A stretch of 38,845 nucleotides of DNA from a virus (lineage: Duplodnaviria; Caudoviricetes): IMG/VR virus record IMGVR_UViG_3300020045_007055, positions 1 to 38,845 of that record. The stretch is one strand, 5' to 3'. The stretch's first letter is position 1. Each line of letters begins with the position of its first letter. Below the pieces are notes generated by a model. That model had not been told where the DNA came from, did not search any database, and saw only the letters and a program-made list of their open reading frames with translations. Shown here piece after piece: positions 34,921 through 38,845 of the stretch. A program made the translations under genes and the position numbers.

Positions 34921-35428
34921 ATTTTTTAAGTTGATATGGTGCGTATTTTTTATTAGAGAGAATTGAAGCTATCGGCAAGTCTCTAAATAGCCTTGATCTT
35001 ATTGTTGACTCATTTATTCCGATAAATTCTGACCACTCTTTTACTGACATCGTTTTTCTTTTAAACGTTATTGTTAATGTGTTTTTTCGGTTCTTGTTCT
35101 GTTCTAATACTGTAGCCCATCTGCAATTTTCTTTTGAATAAGATTTTTTATTATTGATTCTATCGATGGTTGTATTTTTAGTGCCGAATTTTTTGCAATG
35201 AGCAAGATAAGAATCGTACATGTCATCTCTGAACTCTTCAAAAGATTCCCATTCTATTTTTATTCCATTACCGCCATAGTTCTTGTAATCCTTGTCATTT
35301 TTGACATAACATCTTCTTTTCATTCTTTGCCATTTTCTATAAAAAATTGTTTTTGTCATCCCATGCGTTGTGGCGCGGAGTCTCAAATAATCTTTAATTT
35401 TTTGAGTGTGTGTTGATCCTTTTTCCAT
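34895..35428 (-). CDS. HNH homing-endonuclease-like protein
   Basis: THGM...W..MK.RC...YKNYGG.GI...W.SFE.F...TIDRINN...YSKENCRWAT..EQ..N; markedly AT-rich. Confidence 0.88.
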   Translation of the reverse strand: MEKGSTHTQKIKDYLRLRATTHGMTKTIFYRKWQRMKRRCYVKNDKDYKNYGGNGIKIEWESFEEFRDDMYDSYLAHCKKFGTKNTTIDRINNKKSYSKENCRWATVLEQNKNRKNTLTITFKRKTMSVKEWSEFIGINESTIRSRLFRDLPIASILSNKKYAPYQLKKYEKCLCRR

Positions 35429-35440
35429 ATCAAAGAGATT

Positions 35441-35602
35441 TCAGCCTTCTCTTTCTAATTCTCCAGCCCAAGCTACATAAACATCATCCTCAAACACATG
35501 CTCCTTTCCATTCTGGCAGAGGTACCATTTATGCTCTGACTGGAGACTGCCGACTGTTGACTTCATCAGCCCACAGCGGGTGCAGGTAGGGTTGGGGGTC
35601 AT
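35441..35602 (-). CDS. Small Cys/His protein, 53 aa (MTPNPTCTRCG...)
   Basis: Read manually; ATGA overlap with the previous gene. Confidence 0.55.
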   Translation of the reverse strand: MTPNPTCTRCGLMKSTVGSLQSEHKWYLCQNGKEHVFEDDVYVAWAGELEREG

Positions 35603-35787
35603 AGCTGTTTGTCAACTACCCAACCGGCTTTTGTTAGCTCGTAATGCGTGTAAAAACCTTCAATCCTTGACTCCCAATCTGCTCCTACCCCCGTGGATGG
35701 AGACACAAAAACAAGATCTCCATATACTTCCACAACTCTCTTACGAAAATCGTTACGAATGATGTACTCACCTTTTTTGTATGTCAT
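35599..35787 (-). CDS. Hypothetical protein
   Basis: Packed ORF. Confidence 0.6.
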   Translation of the reverse strand: MTYKKGEYIIRNDFRKRVVEVYGDLVFVSPSTGVGADWESRIEGFYTHYELTKAGWVVDKQL

Positions 35788-35788
35788 A

Positions 35789-36043
35789 TCAATGTTTCTT
35801 CTCCATCTCGTTAATAAGCATCATCAGCAATCGTCGCCCGTTCCCTGCTACGGGCATCTCAGCGAGGCATTGGCGGAGCTTAGCGAGCCACTTCGCATCG
35901 CGGATCTCGTTAGCGCGGGAGATTATATCTTCCATCATTTGTTCTTCATCGTCTTCATCAATGACGACATAATCGTTCTTTGCAAGATATTTTTTATAGA
36001 TGGTTTTCCACCATCCTTTCGTCTCTGTGTCTGAGATGGGCAT
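35789..36043 (-). CDS. Hypothetical protein
   Basis: Packed ORF. Confidence 0.6.
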   Translation of the reverse strand: MPISDTETKGWWKTIYKKYLAKNDYVVIDEDDEEQMMEDIISRANEIRDAKWLAKLRQCLAEMPVAGNGRRLLMMLINEMEKKH

Positions 36044-36044
36044 A

Positions 36045-36194
36045 TCATTCTCTCTTGTCTTTTATTGTGAATACGATCTCCTTCGCTTTGCCGAACGCGA
36101 TAGCAGCATTCCAGAGTGCGAGCGATGCTACGCATAGAGCTATCGTCCAGAGAGTCGTGCAGATGATGTCGAGCGCAAGTAACCAAATGGGCAT
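36045..36194 (-). CDS. Small membrane protein, 49 aa (MPIWLLALDIIC...)
   Basis: Read manually; one long hydrophobic segment; fills the gap exactly. Confidence 0.6.
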   Translation of the reverse strand: MPIWLLALDIICTTLWTIALCVASLALWNAAIAFGKAKEIVFTIKDKRE

Positions 36195-36196
36195 AA

Positions 36197-36403
36197 TCAA
36201 ATCAATTTATTTTCAATAGCTTCAAACTCAACGATGTCGCACATTCTATGAGTACTTCCAGTTGCGTCTATATCACTTTCAAAGGCAATACGTGTGCCAA
36301 GTTCGGTCAGCATAATCGAGGGGAAATTGTAGTGAATTTCCGTTATGTTTTCCATGATCTCTTCTCTACCATCAGAGAATTTTATACGAACGGTGAATGG
36401 CAT
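36197..36403 (-). CDS. Hypothetical protein flanked by 18-bp direct repeats
   Basis: Start MPFTV at 36403. Confidence 0.65.
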   Translation of the reverse strand: MPFTVRIKFSDGREEIMENITEIHYNFPSIMLTELGTRIAFESDIDATGSTHRMCDIVEFEAIENKLI

Positions 36404-36405
36404 AA

Positions 36406-36792
36406 TCAAATCAATTCGTTTTCTTTAAGGTAGATCCAAATTTTAGCCATGGCGTCTGCGAGAGTAGGCCCGTCATCGACGTGGCACCCTCGTAGGTCCA
36501 TATGATTTCCATAACCTACGAACCATCCTGGACTAAACGAATGACAGATTTGTAGATCGCCTCCGTGAGTTGGACAGCTTCTAGGCAGCACCTCCCCCAG
36601 CTCTCCCGCTGTTGGTGCGGCGATGCAGATTTTACTTTTGAGAGTTCTTCCGTCTATCGCTCTTTGTTCAATAACCTGCCAGGCACTCATTGCGTTTGGT
36701 TCCCACCATACAAAAAGACTCTCCTGCGGATATCCCAATTCCTTCATTCGTTCCGCGAGTTCACGAGAACAGACGAGATTTTGAGGGGTCAT
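36406..36792 (-). CDS. Conserved phage hypothetical protein
   Basis: S.ELA..MKELG.PQ...APT.GEL.E.LP...ADA.AK..IYL. Confidence 0.7.
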   Translation of the reverse strand: MTPQNLVCSRELAERMKELGYPQESLFVWWEPNAMSAWQVIEQRAIDGRTLKSKICIAAPTAGELGEVLPRSCPTHGGDLQICHSFSPGWFVGYGNHMDLRGCHVDDGPTLADAMAKIWIYLKENELI

Positions 36793-36971
36793 AGACCTTT
36801 CACTTTTAATGCTTGCATGAGTTCTGCGGCAATCTGTCTGGCTTGAACGTCAGATATATATTGACCATTCACGCCTAAAGAAATGCGAATCGTCCGATCA
36901 AAACACTTCTCAGGTTTATCTGCGCTAACCCATTCTCCGGTGAACAATCTTGTTGGTTCAAAAGTGCTCAT
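36789..36971 (-). CDS. Hypothetical protein
   Basis: ATGA overlap with the downstream gene. Confidence 0.55.
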   Translation of the reverse strand: MSTFEPTRLFTGEWVSADKPEKCFDRTIRISLGVNGQYISDVQARQIAAELMQALKVKGL

Positions 36972-36977
36972 ATTTTT

Positions 36978-37157
36978 TCATCGAATACAAATAACTGATT
37001 TAACTCCCGCAAAATCAAAAGCGCCTTTGATCGAAATGCCTTTACTAAGGTATCCGTCTATAGCTTTCCTTTTTTCTTCAGACAAACGAGGATAAACATG
37101 CTCCATCATGAATTTTTCGATTGTTCTTCTGGCTTCAATTTCTTGTTCAACATGCAT
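36978..37157 (-). CDS. Hypothetical protein, 59 aa (MHVEQEIEARR...)
   Basis: Read manually. Confidence 0.55.
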   Translation of the reverse strand: MHVEQEIEARRTIEKFMMEHVYPRLSEEKRKAIDGYLSKGISIKGAFDFAGVKSVICIR

Positions 37158-37231
37158 ACTTTCGTAGGATTGTTCTATCTAAACATCTAAATCTCCGTGC
37201 TCATCGTCTTCACAGACGAGATTTTGAGGGG

Positions 37232-37606
37232 TCATAATAGTTTGCTTAGATATTTATCGACGGCTGCCATGGCTTCGGGTTCGGTGGGGGCGGAATAATA
37301 TTTCTCGCAAAGATCTGCTGCCCTATCTCTAATGTGCGAGAAATTTGCCCAACTCCAGTCCCCCTTCTTCTCCGCAATCTTCGGCAGGATGCGGAGCAAT
37401 TCGGAGAAGGTTGGGGCGGGATAACGCTCGTGCGCAATACCGAAATACTCACATATCTCGTCATTAAACGGAGTACGCAACTTTTCCCATAACAACCATT
37501 CACCTGTATTTTTGTCGGTTATGCGTTCCCATTTCCATTCTGTCCCATACTCCCCCACCAGCTCATAAATCTTCTTCGATGTTTCGAGAGAAAGTGTTGA
37601 GGACAT
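37232..37606 (-). CDS. Hypothetical protein, distant paralogue of 36406..36792
   Basis: SLETSKKIYEL...PAPTFSELLRILP...EAMA. Confidence 0.65.
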   Translation of the reverse strand: MSSTLSLETSKKIYELVGEYGTEWKWERITDKNTGEWLLWEKLRTPFNDEICEYFGIAHERYPAPTFSELLRILPKIAEKKGDWSWANFSHIRDRAADLCEKYYSAPTEPEAMAAVDKYLSKLL

Positions 37607-37607
37607 A

Positions 37608-37808
37608 TCATTTCCAATTCTCAAGCGTTGCTTTCTTAATAATTTCAAACTGCTCTTCGGACAGTGATACATTCAACACTGTCTCGATGAACCGGTCTTT
37701 TTCGTGCTGCTCACGGTCATCTTGTGAGTAGCTAAAAGTGTCTATTTTTGGTTTTTTGTATAATAGATTCTTTTCGTAGCGCGTGACTGTGAGTTGGTAT
37801 GTGGGCAT
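37608..37808 (-). CDS. Hypothetical protein
   Basis: Packed ORF. Confidence 0.6.
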   Translation of the reverse strand: MPTYQLTVTRYEKNLLYKKPKIDTFSYSQDDREQHEKDRFIETVLNVSLSEEQFEIIKKATLENWK

Positions 37809-37810
37809 AG

Positions 37811-38185
37811 TTATTTACATAAAACGTTGTGAATGACATTGATCGTAGCCTCCTCTTGTAGGTTCAGATCGTCAGCACAGAGGTTCCAGTAGAGAACTGT
37901 TTTCATGATCGGAATACGCTCGTCCATCGCCAGCAAAACATCAGCAAGACGGATAGGACGACCGAGGATGATTTCATCATCTGTAAGAGTGATCCTATCA
38001 ACAGATTTTTTCCCATCCCGAACACAGAAAACCTTGTCCTCATGTCTAGAGACAACTGTATAGATTCTATTGCTATCTCCCCATCTTCCGAATCTAACTT
38101 TGCACCCAAACTTCAGCTCCACAATCTCAGGATTCACACTGATGCACGCTTCTCGGATTGCGTTGATTTTGTCTTGAGTAGTCAT
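37811..38185 (-). CDS. Hypothetical protein
   Basis: Start MTTQDKI at 38185 with ATGA overlap. Confidence 0.65.
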   Translation of the reverse strand: MTTQDKINAIREACISVNPEIVELKFGCKVRFGRWGDSNRIYTVVSRHEDKVFCVRDGKKSVDRITLTDDEIILGRPIRLADVLLAMDERIPIMKTVLYWNLCADDLNLQEEATINVIHNVLCK

Positions 38186-38502
38186 AGTTTTATTTTGTTG
38201 AGCCACAGAATAAACCTCATCCACAGACTCGGCTCTTCTTGTTGCCATATCGACAAATCGTATTTCTTTTCTAAATACTCTTTAGACCCATATGTCATGT
38301 TCTTCAAACACGCTGGGCAGCCTGGCTCTATTTCACCATCATCAAACATAAAAATTTTTTCGGTTTGGCCATAGACACACTTGCAGGAAAGGCAGACCCA
38401 CAAAGACTCACAGAAGAGGCCAATGCGCTTATTGAAGTCACTTACTGTGAGCACGGTGATCTTTTTAGAGCTACTTATTTTTTTCGTTATTTTCCATTTC
38501 AT
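38182..38502 (-). CDS. Hypothetical Zn-ribbon protein
   Basis: CLSC...CPAC. Confidence 0.6.
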   Translation of the reverse strand: MKWKITKKISSSKKITVLTVSDFNKRIGLFCESLWVCLSCKCVYGQTEKIFMFDDGEIEPGCPACLKNMTYGSKEYLEKKYDLSIWQQEEPSLWMRFILWLNKIKL

Positions 38503-38508
38503 AAAATC

Positions 38509-38845
38509 TCAAATATTTTTTCGTATTGTTGAGAACAAGTACTCCGACAGATACGCACGCGCCTCTGTTTCTTCTACAAAATTTTTAAACTTAGCTATTG
38601 AATCAACCATATGTGATACCTCATGCACGAGTGTTTTTAGATGCTCTTCATCGTCTTTCCAGTCTTTGAAATGGTAAATAATTTCAAGCTCTTTCTCACG
38701 AACGAGTGATCCAGCTTCTTTTTCAAGAAGCCAAGGAAGATGCTCATTTGATATCCACCATTTCGTCGTTTCATCTCTCACCCGCTGTTTTTTGAGCAGA
38801 CGCTCGATCTCTTTGGGCGTCTTCGCGCCAACCATTACCACAACG
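38509..38845 (-). CDS. 3' part of origin-spanning HExxH (zincin-like) protein
   Basis: TLVHEVSH followed by ETEARAYL. Confidence 0.7.
   Translation of the reverse strand, partial: VVVMVGAKTPKEIERLLKKQRVRDETTKWWISNEHLPWLLEKEAGSLVREKELEIIYHFKDWKDDEEHLKTLVHEVSHMVDSIAKFKNFVEETEARAYLSEYLFSTIRKNI
38735..38845. repeat. Terminal direct repeat, copy 2
   Basis: Identical to 1-111. Confidence 0.97.

Overview
This window is a complete, circularly assembled dsDNA phage genome. Bases 1-111 are repeated exactly at 38735-38845, so the unit length is 38,734 bp. The layout is podovirus-like. On the + strand (7.9-33.3 kb): terminase small and large subunits, portal, scaffold, major capsid protein, decoration/fibre proteins, holin-like proteins with M23 and papain-like peptidases, adaptor/nozzle/tail fibres, and two large internal (ejection-type) proteins. 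On the - strand: many small early/accessory genes (33.3-38.8 kb and 0.1-5.1 kb), including two SSB-like genes, a 3D-domain protein, an HNH endonuclease and an HTH regulator. A short + strand replication block follows (VRR-NUC nuclease, a rearranged primase/VirE gene, an iteron-rich origin). No integrase, CRISPR array or reverse transcriptase was seen. Most genes have A-rich leaders without Shine-Dalgarno motifs and TGnTATAAT promoters, which suggests (inference only) a Patescibacteria/CPR-like host. The standout observation is a complete antisense transcription unit (sigma70 promoter, 76-nt tRNA-Arg(UCU) with CCA, intrinsic terminator) written inside the last ~47 codons of the largest virion protein. 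It lies directly behind an AT-rich, AGA-enriched, RNase-toxin-like C-terminal domain, and is a candidate injected-nuclease plus nested-tRNA module.
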